DNA of 64,000 bases, taken from Synechococcales cyanobacterium VAR_4_metabat_354 (GTDB lineage: Bacteria; Cyanobacteriota; Cyanobacteriia; Cyanobacteriales; Chamaesiphonaceae). Position 1 is the first letter of the stretch, and the number at the start of each line of letters is the position of its first letter. The stretch covers positions 51,855 to 115,854 of the forward strand of contig JANOQI010000054.1 in the NCBI GenBank assembly GCA_031414775.1. The letters run 5' to 3'. Both the position numbers and the translations under genes were made by a program. This document shows positions 40,204 through 51,925 of this stretch, piece by piece. The notes below the pieces were generated by a model. The model made no database searches. It had not been told where the DNA came from and saw only the letters and a program-made list of their open reading frames with translations.

Positions 40204-41427
40204 TTGCGGTCAAAGGAACTGTCCAGCCTGATGCTGTTGCCTATGTCTATTTCTGTTCACTTACTGCCCAATCCACAGGGCGTTTTGCATATTCCCTCTG
40301 TGACCAATAGCGAAATCCAGTTGTCGCTGATTTTGCCCACTTATCAGGAAGGACAAAATATTGCCCAAATTGTCGAGCTATTAGCCAGCAAGTTAGATAT
40401 TATTTTGCCCGGTGCCTACGAATTAATTGTGGTGGATGATGATAGCCCCGATCGCACCTGGGAGATAGCCGCTGCCTTGACTCAGCAGTATCCCCAACTG
40501 CATGTCATGCGGCGCACGACGGAGCGGGGGTTGGCAACGGCGGTGGTAAGGGGCTGGCAAGCTGCGCAAGGACGGGTCTTGGGAGTCATTGATGCCGATT
40601 TGCAACATCCCCCAGAAGTATTAGGACAACTGTGGCAGGCGCTGCACGCACAAAATGCTGACCTAGCGGTGGCTAGTCGCAATGCGGATGGCGGTGGAGT
40701 GAGTGAATGGAGTTTGTTACGGCGCTGTCTATCGCGGGGGGCACAAGTATTGGGGTTGGTGTTGCTACCGGAGGTAGTTGGTCGGATTAGTGACCCGATG
40801 AGTGGTTATTTTTTACTGCGGCGGGAGGCGATTGCTGGTCGGACTCTCAGTCCGTTAGGATACAAGATTTTGATCGAAGCAGTGGGGCGGGGGCAGGTGA
40901 GTAAAATCGCCGAGGTGGGCTATGAGTTTCAGGAGCGCCAGAGTGGTGAGAGCAAGGTTACTGCTCGGCAATATGTGGAATATATTCAGCATTTAGTCCG
41001 GTTGCGACTAGCGCGCAGTAGTAGGTTTTTGCGGTTTATTGCGGTGGGCTTGAGTGGGCTAGCGATCGATATGCTAATTCTTTATCTGTTGACCGATGCC
41101 AGCACGCTGCATTTGCCCTTGACCCGGAGTGCGATTGTGGCGGGTGAAATTGCTATTATCAATAATTTTTTCTGGAACGATCGCTGGACTTTTCACGATC
41201 TGTCCAGTCAACAGACTGGGCGACGACAAATGATGCGGCGCTTTCTGAAATTTAATTTGATATGTCTGATGGGCTTAGTGCTAAAAGCGCTGATTTTGAA
41301 CTTGCTGTTCAACTTTGTATTCCATAACCAGTACATCAGCAATTTCCTAGCAATCGTCTGTGTCACGCTCTGGAATTTTTGGATTAATCTTAAACTTAGT
41401 TGGCGAGTGACCGATCGACAAAACTGA
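40204..41427 (+). CDS. GT2 polyprenol-phosphate glycosyltransferase fused to a GtrA flippase domain (true start probably 40231 or 40243)
   Basis: ILPTY.E, VDD.SPD.T, DADLQHPP, D.MSG.F, R..GESK; C-terminal NNF..ND.WTF GtrA motif. Confidence 0.9.
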   Translation: MRSKELSSLMLLPMSISVHLLPNPQGVLHIPSVTNSEIQLSLILPTYQEGQNIAQIVELLASKLDIILPGAYELIVVDDDSPDRTWEIAAALTQQYPQLHVMRRTTERGLATAVVRGWQAAQGRVLGVIDADLQHPPEVLGQLWQALHAQNADLAVASRNADGGGVSEWSLLRRCLSRGAQVLGLVLLPEVVGRISDPMSGYFLLRREAIAGRTLSPLGYKILIEAVGRGQVSKIAEVGYEFQERQSGESKVTARQYVEYIQHLVRLRLARSSRFLRFIAVGLSGLAIDMLILYLLTDASTLHLPLTRSAIVAGEIAIINNFFWNDRWTFHDLSSQQTGRRQMMRRFLKFNLICLMGLVLKALILNLLFNFVFHNQYISNFLAIVCVTLWNFWINLKLSWRVTDRQN

Positions 41428-42234
41428 TTAACTATTTTGAGCTTCGGTGTGAACATCCAAACCCAAAAAATCCTCAATTTGATCGACAATCTGCTGATCC
41501 TGATGTCGCCGGGAGCATGATAAATATTTTTTACTGAGCGGCTGAGTATGCCCATCATTAGTCTTTAGCACCAAGCGATGTGGCATATTTTCTGACGATC
41601 CAGCTACATACACTTGTTTTTTATCTTCTAATTCGACCCCATTAATGTGACTGATGGCATATCGATCAATCTGCTGACCTTTCCAGCTCCAGTTATGCAC
41701 CTGACACTCATTTTGGTCTTTATTAAATTTAACGATGGTCAAACCGCCGGACAACAGGAAAACTAAACAAGTCAATCCAGCAGCACCGGACACGAAATAT
41801 GCCAAGTTTAAACCCCCATCAGCAACTTTAAACGCGCTAGCAGTGGGTGATTCCAAAAACGCGGCTAGTTGGCTGGCGATTTGGTCTCTTTCGGCGGCAT
41901 CGCCAGCGAGAGTCACCGGCATCGTCTTACCATCTTTCCCAATGAGCAGAACTCTTGTCCAGGGATTTTCTTCGTCACTGTTGTTGGCTTCTAGGTCAAC
42001 TTTTTGGATGGTATTGAAGGGAATTGATTGGCTTTGGTGGGTAAACAAACCATTATTCTGGAGCCGACACTGACCAGTTAATGGTGTCGATCGATAGCAA
42101 GAAAGTTTGATTTCTTGCCCAAAAATATTGCTCACGGCCAAGCCTGTGAGCAACGCCCCTAGGGGTATTAATAAAGAAGGCCAATTATTTTGCCAGAGGG
42201 TGAGAGTGCGATCGGTCTTTTTGAAAATTCGCAT
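41428..42234 (-). CDS. Hypothetical membrane protein (two TM segments)
   Basis: Long ORF with two hydrophobic helices separated by soluble domains. Confidence 0.7.
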   Translation of the reverse strand: MRIFKKTDRTLTLWQNNWPSLLIPLGALLTGLAVSNIFGQEIKLSCYRSTPLTGQCRLQNNGLFTHQSQSIPFNTIQKVDLEANNSDEENPWTRVLLIGKDGKTMPVTLAGDAAERDQIASQLAAFLESPTASAFKVADGGLNLAYFVSGAAGLTCLVFLLSGGLTIVKFNKDQNECQVHNWSWKGQQIDRYAISHINGVELEDKKQVYVAGSSENMPHRLVLKTNDGHTQPLSKKYLSCSRRHQDQQIVDQIEDFLGLDVHTEAQNS

Positions 42235-42256
42235 AGTTTAAAGCCTATCCGTTATG

Positions 42257-43453
42257 TCAGCTGGATATTTCAAATAATGCTGAGAGTACAACATTAGAGT
42301 ACAGAAAACCATCCGGGTCTCTAAGGCGCAGGCTTCCCTGTACTGGTATATCGCCTGTTGGGCGATCAAAAATGACCCAATCTGGGGAATAACGTTGAAT
42401 TTTCGACCAAGCTGCTTGCCATAACTCCAGTCCAAATTCGGCAATTAATGGCTGAATTTCTAAACCACTAGCTAACCGCAGACCAAGCATCAGGGTATCT
42501 AGAAAACGCTCAGTTTGGTCCAGTAATTCGGGTTTATAACTACAGCCAGCGGCTACCCATTGAAAATAATCTTGGGTGTAACGAGGGCGGGTGAAGCGAG
42601 TATCTTCCAGATAGCTAGCAGCGCCCATCCCAAAGGCGTAGTAAGGCTGATTTTTCCAATAGACTTGGTTGTGACGACAGGCCAGTCCCGGTTGAGCATA
42701 GTTAGAAACTTCGTAATGCTCGTAGCCCGCTGTAGTTAAGACTTGCTGAGCAGTGCGATACATATCGGCAGTGATGGTATCACTAGGGAGGGGATACTCG
42801 CTGGGCTGATATTGTTTGGCAAAAGGGGTTTGGGCTTCCACAATCAGATCGTAAACAGAAATGTGGGTGGGGTAGGCAGCGATCGATCTCGCCAGTGACT
42901 CTAACCACATATTCATAGTCTGATCTGGCAAGCCAGAAATTAAGTCTAAGCTCCAGTTTTGGATAGAAGATTGATGGATGAGACCTATCGATCTTTCAAT
43001 ATCGGTAAGACCATGCGACCTACCACAGACTTGCAGCAGAGGATCTTGCCATGCTTGAACGCCCATACTAATCCGGTTTACGCCAGCGGCTAGGTAAGCT
43101 TGCAACTGTTCGAGAGTGAAGGTGCCGGGATCAATTTCCATCGAGATTTCGGCCTGGGAAGAGATGCCGATCGATCGTGCTAATGTCTGGAGAATTTGGG
43201 CTAGCTGGGTGGGGGTGAGTAGTGATGGCGTACCGCCGCCGAAGAATATGGTATCTAGAACCTGACCATAGTTATGGCTGGCAGTGATTTCTTGGCAGAT
43301 GACTTCGACATAGGTTTGCACCATTTGAGAGTTCTCGCCACTACGTTTATCGCCTACTACATATACTGGAAAGTCGCAGTAGTAGCAGCGCCGCCGACAG
43401 AAGGGAATATGAAGATAAGCTGCGGAAACGCTAGAAGTTGTGGCCAAAATCAT
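42257..43453 (-). CDS. hemW: Radical SAM heme chaperone HemW (HemN-like)
   Basis: YLHIPFC...C.YCDF, FFGGGTPS, HYEVSN, HN..YW. Confidence 0.9.
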   Translation of the reverse strand: MILATTSSVSAAYLHIPFCRRRCYYCDFPVYVVGDKRSGENSQMVQTYVEVICQEITASHNYGQVLDTIFFGGGTPSLLTPTQLAQILQTLARSIGISSQAEISMEIDPGTFTLEQLQAYLAAGVNRISMGVQAWQDPLLQVCGRSHGLTDIERSIGLIHQSSIQNWSLDLISGLPDQTMNMWLESLARSIAAYPTHISVYDLIVEAQTPFAKQYQPSEYPLPSDTITADMYRTAQQVLTTAGYEHYEVSNYAQPGLACRHNQVYWKNQPYYAFGMGAASYLEDTRFTRPRYTQDYFQWVAAGCSYKPELLDQTERFLDTLMLGLRLASGLEIQPLIAEFGLELWQAAWSKIQRYSPDWVIFDRPTGDIPVQGSLRLRDPDGFLYSNVVLSALFEISS

Positions 43454-43585
43454 TTACTTACTTAGCTGAGGAATATCTGTGGTGATAGCTTCAATCGATC
43501 TAACTCAAAACTTGCACATCTAATCCAGCTAGACTGGGCAAACTTTTTCACTCATTAATTCTGACTGACAAGGATGTAGCTAATA

Positions 43586-44929
43586 TTAATATTTTTTGAT
43601 TACTTTGATATTAACTCCTGTTTGGGGTGCCAATGTCACCCCCCGGCGAGCTGGAGCGATCGGCAACTGGTCAGTGAGTTGTAATTCACAACTAGTCAAA
43701 ACTTCGACTAAAGCCAGTTTAAGTTCTAACTGTGCCAAAGCTAACCCAATACAACGCCGCGCACCGCCACCAAAAGGAAAATATTCGTAAGGCGAGAATT
43801 GGCGCTCTAAAAAACGTTCCGGTTTAAATAAATCTGGTTCGGGGTAAAGGTCGGGACGATGATGAGTCAGATACATACAACCCATTACGACCGTACCTGC
43901 CGCCAAATCATACCCTTGGATCGAGACCGGTTCTTGAGCGATGCGGGCAAATGTCAGCATTGCTACTGGATGAATACGCAGCACTTCCGAACAAAATGCC
44001 CCCAGGTAAAGCAGTTTACTAATAGCCATCCCATCCCGATCGGCACCCAAGGTAGCAATATCAGCTAAGAGTTTGGCGCGCACTTCTGGTAGGTAGGTCG
44101 CCCAATAAATACCCCAGGATAAAGCTGTCGCAGTGGTTTCATGGCCAGCAAATAGCAAAGTCATTAGCTCATCGCGCAGCTCTTGATCGTTCATCCCTTG
44201 ACCATCAGCATCTTGTGACCCAATTAATAAGTTCAAAATATCGGTACGCCCTGGCTGATAGTCCCGACGACGATCAGCAATTTCTTGATAAAGTAATTGG
44301 TCGAGTTCGGCGATATCTCGTTTGAATCTGCCCCAAGGACTCCAAGCTCCCCAGTCTTGTTGTAGTTTAGGTATAAACATAAAGCTAGATTTCAGGGGTG
44401 AGTCAGTTACCGAAATCACAGCAATTAGTTTGTCCCGAATACGATCGAACTTTTCTCCTTGGTAGAGTCCAAAAATTGTTTGCAAAATCACTGACAGCGA
44501 CACCGATTGCATTTGTTCTCTGGCATTGATTGTGGCACCCACTGGCCATTGTTTAATCACCTCCCGGGTAATTTGCTGAATTGAATCAGTGTAGCCCCGA
44601 ATTTTGTCGCCATGAAAAGCAGGCATCACTAACTGGCGGCGTTGGCGGTGTTCCTGACCATCGAGCAAAATTACCCCGCGATCGCCTAAGAAAGGCCGAA
44701 GAATTTGATTCGCTGCTCCTGGTGCCGCAAATTGCTTAGTATCGCTAGTCAATAGCTGTTGAATAGCAGCGGGATTGCTGATAAAGATGATATCTTTAAA
44801 TACACTAGACCAATTAACCGTAAACATGTCCCCATACTGTCGATCGCAATTGTGCAAATACTTGACTGGGTTGGTAATCCATTGCCATAACTGAATTGCA
44901 TTAGGCGTTTTTACAGATGGGGGCATCAT
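43586..44929 (-). CDS. Cytochrome P450 (CYP110-like)
   Basis: AGHETTA, E.LR, F.PERF, FGGGARRCIG heme motif. Confidence 0.95.
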   Translation of the reverse strand: MMPPSVKTPNAIQLWQWITNPVKYLHNCDRQYGDMFTVNWSSVFKDIIFISNPAAIQQLLTSDTKQFAAPGAANQILRPFLGDRGVILLDGQEHRQRRQLVMPAFHGDKIRGYTDSIQQITREVIKQWPVGATINAREQMQSVSLSVILQTIFGLYQGEKFDRIRDKLIAVISVTDSPLKSSFMFIPKLQQDWGAWSPWGRFKRDIAELDQLLYQEIADRRRDYQPGRTDILNLLIGSQDADGQGMNDQELRDELMTLLFAGHETTATALSWGIYWATYLPEVRAKLLADIATLGADRDGMAISKLLYLGAFCSEVLRIHPVAMLTFARIAQEPVSIQGYDLAAGTVVMGCMYLTHHRPDLYPEPDLFKPERFLERQFSPYEYFPFGGGARRCIGLALAQLELKLALVEVLTSCELQLTDQLPIAPARRGVTLAPQTGVNIKVIKKY

Positions 44930-45171
44930 AAAGATTTCGAGATTAAACGGCTATGAGTAATATAACAATTCCCTTGCCACTGCATGATTTTCAATCATTG
45001 CTAAATCTCGGTCTCAAATCAGCTGAGTATTATACTGGAAAGAGTTAGAGCGTGTTTTTGTCAGGTGTTGCTGGGACTCTACAATCAAGTAATTTTTATT
45101 ACAACTAAATTGCTGGCTTTGTTTTTGGAATATCATACCAACAGATTCTACTAACTTTGGAGTAATACAAT

Positions 45172-45651
45172 ATGGCTACCTATTCTGACCCAGAACTATC
45201 TACTATTGCCAATGCGGCTATGATGACTGGGATGGCTGTTGCTATGGTTGACATGGGAATTATTTCCAGTGCGATCGAAGCAGCCGCCATGTCTAAGGAA
45301 ATCGTCGGTGCTGCCGGTAAATACCCCAACAACACCATTATTCAAGCGGCTTTCTCAGAAACTGCTATTAGGGGTGGTACCGTGAAAATGAATAAGCCCG
45401 ATATTAAATCTGAAGATGTTAAATCTGGCGTGTTTGTGGATAAAGCAATCGTGTCAGTGAATAACGCAATTGCGGTCTTAGATGGCAAAGCCACCCCGGC
45501 TGAAATTCAAGAGTACAAAACATTTATCTATACTTGTGCCGAAGCGGTAGCTAAGGCTGCGGGTAGTGGTTTATTTGGCTCTGGCGAACAAAAAATTAGC
45601 GACCAAGAAGCAGCTGCTCTGACTAAAATCAAGACGGCTTTGGGCATTTAA
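45172..45651 (+). CDS. Hypothetical helical protein (possibly TerB-like)
   Basis: GGAG RBS; C-terminal VA.AAGSGLFG...IS..E...L..I...LG. Confidence 0.75.
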   Translation: MATYSDPELSTIANAAMMTGMAVAMVDMGIISSAIEAAAMSKEIVGAAGKYPNNTIIQAAFSETAIRGGTVKMNKPDIKSEDVKSGVFVDKAIVSVNNAIAVLDGKATPAEIQEYKTFIYTCAEAVAKAAGSGLFGSGEQKISDQEAAALTKIKTALGI

Positions 45652-45736
45652 TCAGGATATCGATCAATCCCACCCCTGGGATTGATCAACTGATGGTAGT
45701 TCGTTGCTAATATCTCAATAGTTCCACATTTTCTTA

Positions 45737-45952
45737 ATGGCAATAACAGCAATGACTTGGAAATTAACTATTCCGAATATGGCCTGTAGTGCTTGCGTTG
45801 CCAACATTACTAAGACCGTCCAATCGCTGGATGCTCAAGCAACTCTGTCCGCTGATTTAGTCAGCAAGCAGGTATCGATCGATAGTGCCCAGTCCAAAGA
45901 GGCGATAACTCAAGCTATTACTCAATCTGGCTATCCTGTCCAGACTGAGTAA
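45737..45952 (+). CDS. HMA-domain copper chaperone (Atx1/CopZ-like; start may be 45752)
   Basis: MACSAC metal-binding motif, C-terminal GYPV. Confidence 0.88.
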   Translation: MAITAMTWKLTIPNMACSACVANITKTVQSLDAQATLSADLVSKQVSIDSAQSKEAITQAITQSGYPVQTE

Positions 45953-45985
45953 TCTGAAGACATTTGCTTTAGCAATAACCCTTAC

Positions 45986-46636
45986 CTAAACTTTAACTTT
46001 TAGATGGGGCTGCTTAGATCTGTCTTGGTGATCTACACCATTGCTAGAACTTTTTAGAGATTGGGGTTGAATTACGCCATAGCCACCATGATTGCGTTGA
46101 TAAATCACATTAATTTCATTAGTTTCGGAGTTGCAAAACATATAGAAATCATGATCTACCATTTGCAAATGTTCTTGGGCTTCGTCCATGGTCATTGGGG
46201 GCATGGCAAAATATTTTACACGGACTACTTCTGTTGGTAATGATGGCTCTCGATCACCTACTAAATCATAGTCCACAGACTCCATCAATTCGTTCTCTAG
46301 GCTTTGATCTTTGAGAGAAGTTTGAGTCTTTTTAGCAATGAAATTTTTTTCCTTGTACTTACGCAGTTTCCGAGTGATTTTATCAGCTACTAAATCAATA
46401 CTTGCATATATTTTCTCAGCAGATTCCTGCGCCCGAATCACAGTACCATTAGCGTAAACGGTTACTTCTGCCACCTGTCGATCGGCTGCACGCGGGTTAT
46501 GATTTATTGATAAATTAACGTCAATCTCAGTGGTTAAATTTTCAAAATGACTCACCGCCTTTTCGATTTTCTGCTGCACATATTCGCGGATTGCATCAGT
46601 AAGCTCGATATTTTTACCTTGGAGGACTAACTTCAT
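45986..46636 (-). CDS. lrtA: Ribosome hibernation promoting factor (long HPF/LrtA)
   Basis: GKNIE.TDAI..YV, YASIDLV..K..R.LRKYK, HDFY.F.N, Y.R..GGYG. Confidence 0.95.
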   Translation of the reverse strand: MKLVLQGKNIELTDAIREYVQQKIEKAVSHFENLTTEIDVNLSINHNPRAADRQVAEVTVYANGTVIRAQESAEKIYASIDLVADKITRKLRKYKEKNFIAKKTQTSLKDQSLENELMESVDYDLVGDREPSLPTEVVRVKYFAMPPMTMDEAQEHLQMVDHDFYMFCNSETNEINVIYQRNHGGYGVIQPQSLKSSSNGVDHQDRSKQPHLKVKV

Positions 46637-46819
46637 ATACGAATCTCCTAACTTGAGGATGAAATTGCAGTCTGGACCTACAACTTCGATGAGAACTTAA
46701 CTACAGGTTAACACTTTATGAGTAATGGTCAATAAACTTAAAGATTGCCACTTCATAGAATTAATTAAACAACATATCTCTTAATTTTCTGTAACGCATT
46801 ACTCATTTCTAGTAAATTT

Positions 46820-47314
46820 CTACCAACCCCAGCTACCAGGGCTACCTTTAAATGGTCCGACGATATTTTGAGTAATCCACCCACCGTAAAACTCGCCGGG
46901 CTGTGGCTGCACCAGTTCATTGTCTATGTAGCAGGCATCCATAGACTGAGCGTAAAAAGCTAAGTGATTTGCGATCAGCTGAAAATTTTTAGTCGGTGTA
47001 GAATAAGCCCAAGCGGCATTTTCGATTCGCCGATCTCCTACGACGATGTGATAGTAGAGAGCATCTCCTTTCCATTCACAGAAAGAGCTACGCTCGGTAA
47101 TATGCAAATATTGCATTTGGATGTCGGCTGGGGGCAGATAGTAAACGGGCGGATGACTAGTTTCTAAAACGCGATAAGCTTGATTGGTATTGGCAATGAT
47201 TTGGTCATTAAAAATAATTTGAATTTTCTTGTCAACTGGCTCTAGACGCGGAGGTCGCGGATAGTCCCAGACTGATTCTTGACCTGGTTGTGGTGGAATA
47301 CGTTGAGGATGCAT
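46820..47314 (-). CDS. DUF427 domain protein
   Basis: ESVWDYPRPP, ETSHPP.YY, CEWKG, FYGGWIT. Confidence 0.88.
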   Translation of the reverse strand: MHPQRIPPQPGQESVWDYPRPPRLEPVDKKIQIIFNDQIIANTNQAYRVLETSHPPVYYLPPADIQMQYLHITERSSFCEWKGDALYYHIVVGDRRIENAAWAYSTPTKNFQLIANHLAFYAQSMDACYIDNELVQPQPGEFYGGWITQNIVGPFKGSPGSWGW

Positions 47315-47527
47315 AAGCTACGATCAAGTCCTGTAGTTACTTGGGCTCTAATGGGCGACTCAAAATTAATTTTTGCTCTAGCTCAAGAGCTTTAACATTA
47401 AGTGTATTGCTTTCTTTTCCTCAGATGACAGATTAGATCGGATATTCGTCCCCCAAAATGTATGGGCTAGGTAGGATCGAGCAATAATAGTTCTATCCCC
47501 AGTAAATTTCCTCTCCTTACTTTCACC

Positions 47528-48838
47528 ATGTCCCCAACATCTACCCTGCCGCTTCCCCCCGGTAGCTTTGGCTTACCTTTCATCGGCGAAACTCCTAAAT
47601 TTTTATCCGATCCAGATTTTGTGAGCAAGCGTCGTCAGCGATACGGAGCCATCTTTAAAACCAACATTCTGAACCGTCCGACTGTCGTCATGAGCGGCAT
47701 CGAAGCCAATAAATTTATTCTTTTCACCCACTTTCATAAATTCTCTTGGCAAGATGGTTGGCCCAAATCCTTTAAAGAGCTACTGGGTGCATCCCTATTT
47801 CTGCAAGAAGGTGCCGAACACCAACGTAATCGTCGCTTAATGATGCCCGCCTTCCATGGCAAAGCCCTGGGTAACTATGTTGATGTGATGGCCGAAATCA
47901 CCGATCGCTATTGCCAGCAATGGCTCCAACAGGGTGATCTGACCTGGTTCAACGAATTCAAACAACTTACCTTTGCGATCGCTAGTACCCTGCTGATTGG
48001 TGCGACTTCCCAAGATAATTCCATCCCACAAATGAGTCAGCGGTTTACCGAATTGACTAACGGCTTTTTTACGCTCCCCTTCAAAATCCCTGGCAGTACC
48101 TACAGTAAAGCCCTGCAAGCTCGCGAGCGCCTACTAGCTCATGTCGAAACCGTGATCCAGTCTAAGCAAAACAATCCCGGTGAAGATGTCTTAGGATTAT
48201 TGATGCAGAGTGTCGATGAAGATGGTGGTCGCCTATCGATCGAGGAACTCAAAGTCCAGGCCATTTTGTTATTATTCGCTGGCCACGAAACTACCACATC
48301 TCTGCTCACCTCATTTTGTATGGTGGTAGCCCAGCGTCCCAATCTCCTCGCTCAGCTCAGAGCCGAACAAGCATCTATTGGTCTAGATCTACCCTTGAAC
48401 TTGGGATTACTTAAACAAATGACGGTTCTTGATCGCACGATTAAAGAAGTAGAAAGACTATATCCACCAGTAGGTGGTGGTTTCCGGGGCGTAGTAGAAG
48501 AATTTGAATTCAACGGCTTTCGGGTACCTGCTGGTTGGCAAGTATTATATCGAATTCCTGAAGCTCACTTGGACAAAGAAATCTTTCCCAATCCTACCGA
48601 TTTTGATATCGATCGACATCATGAACGTGCTCCAGATTTTAGCTTGGTCACTTACGGCGGTGGTTCCAGAGTTTGCATTGGCTTGGCCTTTGCTCAAATG
48701 GAGATGAAAATTATTGCTAGCAAACTTTTGCGACACTACTCTTGGGAGCTACTGCTGGGACAGAGTTTGGCGATGAATGCTATTCCGACATTGCATCCCC
48801 AGGATGGCTTGAAAATTAAATTCACTGCCCGGGAATAA
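47528..48838 (+). CDS. Cytochrome P450 (CYP120-like)
   Basis: PPGSFGLP.IGET, AGHETT, EVER, YGGGSRVCIG. Confidence 0.93.
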   Translation: MSPTSTLPLPPGSFGLPFIGETPKFLSDPDFVSKRRQRYGAIFKTNILNRPTVVMSGIEANKFILFTHFHKFSWQDGWPKSFKELLGASLFLQEGAEHQRNRRLMMPAFHGKALGNYVDVMAEITDRYCQQWLQQGDLTWFNEFKQLTFAIASTLLIGATSQDNSIPQMSQRFTELTNGFFTLPFKIPGSTYSKALQARERLLAHVETVIQSKQNNPGEDVLGLLMQSVDEDGGRLSIEELKVQAILLLFAGHETTTSLLTSFCMVVAQRPNLLAQLRAEQASIGLDLPLNLGLLKQMTVLDRTIKEVERLYPPVGGGFRGVVEEFEFNGFRVPAGWQVLYRIPEAHLDKEIFPNPTDFDIDRHHERAPDFSLVTYGGGSRVCIGLAFAQMEMKIIASKLLRHYSWELLLGQSLAMNAIPTLHPQDGLKIKFTARE

Positions 48839-48840
48839 CT

Positions 48841-49227
48841 ATGGATATATCCCAATCGATCGAAGATGCTATTGGCTCCTACTTTAACAGCTGGTTCCAA
48901 GAGCATCAGTTGATGTGGTGGCTCATCAGTAACCCGGTGTGGAGCTTAGTCATCTTGTTACTATTGATCGCCTTATTTGTTGGCCTCTTGGGTGCGATCG
49001 GACGAGGCATTGAACAATTTTGGATTTGGCTGTTGCGAACACCCCTGCAAATTATGCAACCGATAAGTCTCTGGCTCTGGCAGAAAGGTACTAACCAAAA
49101 GTCTCTAGCTTCATTATCAGCACAAAATCGAAAGATTGATCTCTTAGTAAGCCGACTACGCCAGATTCAACAAGAGCAAGATAAGCTGATGCAAGAGTTG
49201 CTGAAAATAGTAAAGGCTGAATCATGA
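48841..49227 (+). CDS. Hypothetical membrane protein
   Basis: TM helix plus C-terminal coiled coil; tightly coupled between the P450 and mazG. Confidence 0.7.
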   Translation: MDISQSIEDAIGSYFNSWFQEHQLMWWLISNPVWSLVILLLLIALFVGLLGAIGRGIEQFWIWLLRTPLQIMQPISLWLWQKGTNQKSLASLSAQNRKIDLLVSRLRQIQQEQDKLMQELLKIVKAES

Positions 49228-50054
49228 CTGCACCCGACCAAATGACTACGGCTATTCAAGAACTAGTCGATATCGTTGCTAAATTGCGATCGCCCGACGG
49301 GGGGTGCCCCTGGGATTTGGCTCAAACGCCCGAAAGCTTGACTCCTTATATTGTGGAAGAAGCCTACGAAACAGTCCATGCTATTCGGACTGGCCAGCCG
49401 GAATTAATTGTCGAAGAACTAGGTGACTTATTACTGCAAGTAGTATTGCAAGCGCAGATTGCCAGTGAAGTTGGTCACTTTAGTTTGGCCGAAGTCGCCG
49501 CTGGGATCAGCCAAAAACTAGTGCGTCGTCATCCCCATGTTTTTGGTGAAGTGACAGCTACTAGTATCGAAGAAGTGAAAAGTAATTGGGACGAAATCAA
49601 AGCCGCCGAGAAACCAGCTAATCGAGACTTGCCAAGCTTCAAGATTCAGAAATATGCTGAAACCCTACCACCACTGCTGGCTGCCATAAAAGTATCGGAA
49701 GCGGCTGCCAAATTTGGCTTTGAATGGGAAAATGTTGAGGATGTCTGGGCAAAGTTTGAAGAAGAACTTGGAGAATTGCGAGAAGCGATCGATACCGATG
49801 ATCGAGAACATCAAGAATCCGAATTAGGCGATTTACTATTCACCGTAGTTAATCTGGCTCGTTGGTACAAACTAGATCCTGATCGCGGACTGCACGGCAC
49901 GATCGACAGATTTAGCCAACGCTTACAACAAATGGAAACAGTGATCAGCCGACCATTATCAGAATACTCCCTAGCTGAACTAGAAATTCTATGGCAGGAA
50001 GCCAAGCAGCAACTGCGCCTCGGTCAAGAGTTGGGTAGCAATCTGGACATCTAA
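49224..50054 (+). CDS. mazG: Nucleoside triphosphate pyrophosphohydrolase
   Basis: GCPWD..QT, EE.YE, EELGDLL, RRHPHVF, second ELGDLLF domain. Confidence 0.95.
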   Translation: MTAPDQMTTAIQELVDIVAKLRSPDGGCPWDLAQTPESLTPYIVEEAYETVHAIRTGQPELIVEELGDLLLQVVLQAQIASEVGHFSLAEVAAGISQKLVRRHPHVFGEVTATSIEEVKSNWDEIKAAEKPANRDLPSFKIQKYAETLPPLLAAIKVSEAAAKFGFEWENVEDVWAKFEEELGELREAIDTDDREHQESELGDLLFTVVNLARWYKLDPDRGLHGTIDRFSQRLQQMETVISRPLSEYSLAELEILWQEAKQQLRLGQELGSNLDI

Positions 50055-50981
50055 GTTATGCACCGCCGGTAGACTATCAACAACGATCGCACTGCACAGC
50101 AGCATCATGTAGAGAATCGAAAACTTAAACAAAGACTTGGCCACACCCTTATCGATCGGATCGGCTAGTAGATCGCGCACTTTCTGAATTAAAACTATTC
50201 CCAAACCCAGCGCTATCAAACCATAGATCGCCCCCGAAGCTCCCAAGGGATAAATCAACAAGCCAGTGGTTGGCACTAGCAAGAGCGTATACCACCAAAT
50301 TTGTTCGGCAGTTTTGGCTTCCCCTACAATTACGGGCAACATCGGCACCCCCACTTTGGCATAATCATCCTTTAACATCAGTGCCAAAGACCAAAAATGA
50401 GGCGGAGTCCAAATAAAGACGATCGCAAATATCGACCAAGCGGTCAGGCTCACTTCACCAGTCACTGCGGCCCAGCCCACCAAGGCGGGGATCGCGCCAG
50501 CAGCACCACCAATCACAATGTTTTGACTAGTATGGCGCTTCAGAAAATGAGTATAAACCACCACATAGAAGCCGATCCCGGCCATTGTCCACAAGGCAGC
50601 GGCTAGTGTCGCGTAAGTAACAAGCAGCATGAAAGACATGGCGGCCAGGACAAAAGCAAAGACCAGGGCATGACTAGGCTGCACCCGCTCGGAGGGGATT
50701 GGTCGGTGACGAGTCCGTTCCATCGCATAGTCGATGTCCCCATCGTAAACACAGTTCAAAGTCTGAGCAGCCGCAGCAGCTAGTGTCCCGCCCAAATTGG
50801 TCACTAGTAGCAGAAATGGATCGATCCGGCCGTCTGAGGCCAGCCACATCGAAGCCGAAGTAGTAATTAGCAACAGTGGAATAATGCGCGGCTTGGTTAG
50901 TTGATAGTAACTGCGGACAACTTCTGACCAGGTTTGAGAATGGGGAAATGTTTCTTGCATGATATTTTGGTCTGGCGCCAC
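49989..50981 (-). CDS. ctaB: Protoheme IX farnesyltransferase (heme o synthase)
   Basis: [31 protein letters not shown]. Confidence 0.95.
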   Translation of the reverse strand: MAPDQNIMQETFPHSQTWSEVVRSYYQLTKPRIIPLLLITTSASMWLASDGRIDPFLLLVTNLGGTLAAAAAQTLNCVYDGDIDYAMERTRHRPIPSERVQPSHALVFAFVLAAMSFMLLVTYATLAAALWTMAGIGFYVVVYTHFLKRHTSQNIVIGGAAGAIPALVGWAAVTGEVSLTAWSIFAIVFIWTPPHFWSLALMLKDDYAKVGVPMLPVIVGEAKTAEQIWWYTLLLVPTTGLLIYPLGASGAIYGLIALGLGIVLIQKVRDLLADPIDKGVAKSLFKFSILYMMLLCSAIVVDSLPAVHNLDVQIATQLLTEAQLLLGFLP

Positions 50982-50989
50982 TGAATATT

Positions 50990-51925
50990 TTAGGATCTGG
51001 AGAACTTGGCGAGATTGGATTTGGCGGCTAGCCCAGTGAATACGACTAAGGTGCCGAGTAGCAACGCTCCAATGGCCTGATGACTAACCGTCAAAGGCGC
51101 AACCTGGAGGCGTAAATAGAAAGTTGATAAACCCAAGCCCATCTGAAGAATCAGTAATCCACCTACAGCCCAGCCTAACCATCGTAGTAGAGGATCTGTC
51201 GATGGGCTACGCCACAGGAGCAGCAAGAACACCAAAATGCTGATAGTAGCGGGAATCACACCGAGTAAATGGCTATTCATCACCGCACACAGTTGACTAT
51301 TTCCTAAGCACTGATGCAGCGCCCAGCGAGAGCCAACAACTGCCCCTAACAAGCTTTGTAGATAGATGATGATCGCTGCCACTAAACCAGCTCCGACGAG
51401 AGAGCGGTGGACGGGCGCAACACTGACCGGCGATAGTCCCACCCCAATAATCAACAAGCTAGAAAAAAATAGCAATGCTGTGCCAAGGTGAGCTGTGACA
51501 ATATCAAAGCGCAACAGCTCAGTCACAGTGAAAGCACCGAGCAGGGCTTGAGTGAAAATCAATAGGAGCGAAATAGTGGATGCGATCGGCAACCACTGTG
51601 GTAAACCTCTTCGCCACTGCCAAGATTTGAGGCACAACCAGAGAGTACTGAACCCAATCAAACCGGCATCCAATCGATGAAACCACTCCAAAAATACCTG
51701 AAGATTCATTTGGTGGAGCGGAATTGCTTGACCGTAGCAAAGTGGCCAATCGGGGCAAGCCAGTCCGGCATTCATCACCCGCGTGGCACTGCCCACCGCC
51801 ATCAGTAGCCAAGTTGCCAACACGATCTTCCAGACTAGGTGCAAAATTTGAGTAGCAGGCGGCTGGCGACTGGTTAGAGTCGCGTTGGTAAAACGGCGCA
51901 ATCCGCTAAAGGTGGAGTCCGACAT
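50990..51925 (-). CDS. ctaA: Heme A synthase (COX15/CtaA)
   Basis: [16 protein letters not shown], conserved TM His residues. Confidence 0.93.
   Translation of the reverse strand: MSDSTFSGLRRFTNATLTSRQPPATQILHLVWKIVLATWLLMAVGSATRVMNAGLACPDWPLCYGQAIPLHQMNLQVFLEWFHRLDAGLIGFSTLWLCLKSWQWRRGLPQWLPIASTISLLLIFTQALLGAFTVTELLRFDIVTAHLGTALLFFSSLLIIGVGLSPVSVAPVHRSLVGAGLVAAIIIYLQSLLGAVVGSRWALHQCLGNSQLCAVMNSHLLGVIPATISILVFLLLLWRSPSTDPLLRWLGWAVGGLLILQMGLGLSTFYLRLQVAPLTVSHQAIGALLLGTLVVFTGLAAKSNLAKFSRS

Noticed and set aside
43586..48838. Two P450 genes within 5 kb as a biosynthetic cluster
   Set aside because: Divergent, separated by unrelated housekeeping genes, and no scaffold-forming enzyme nearby
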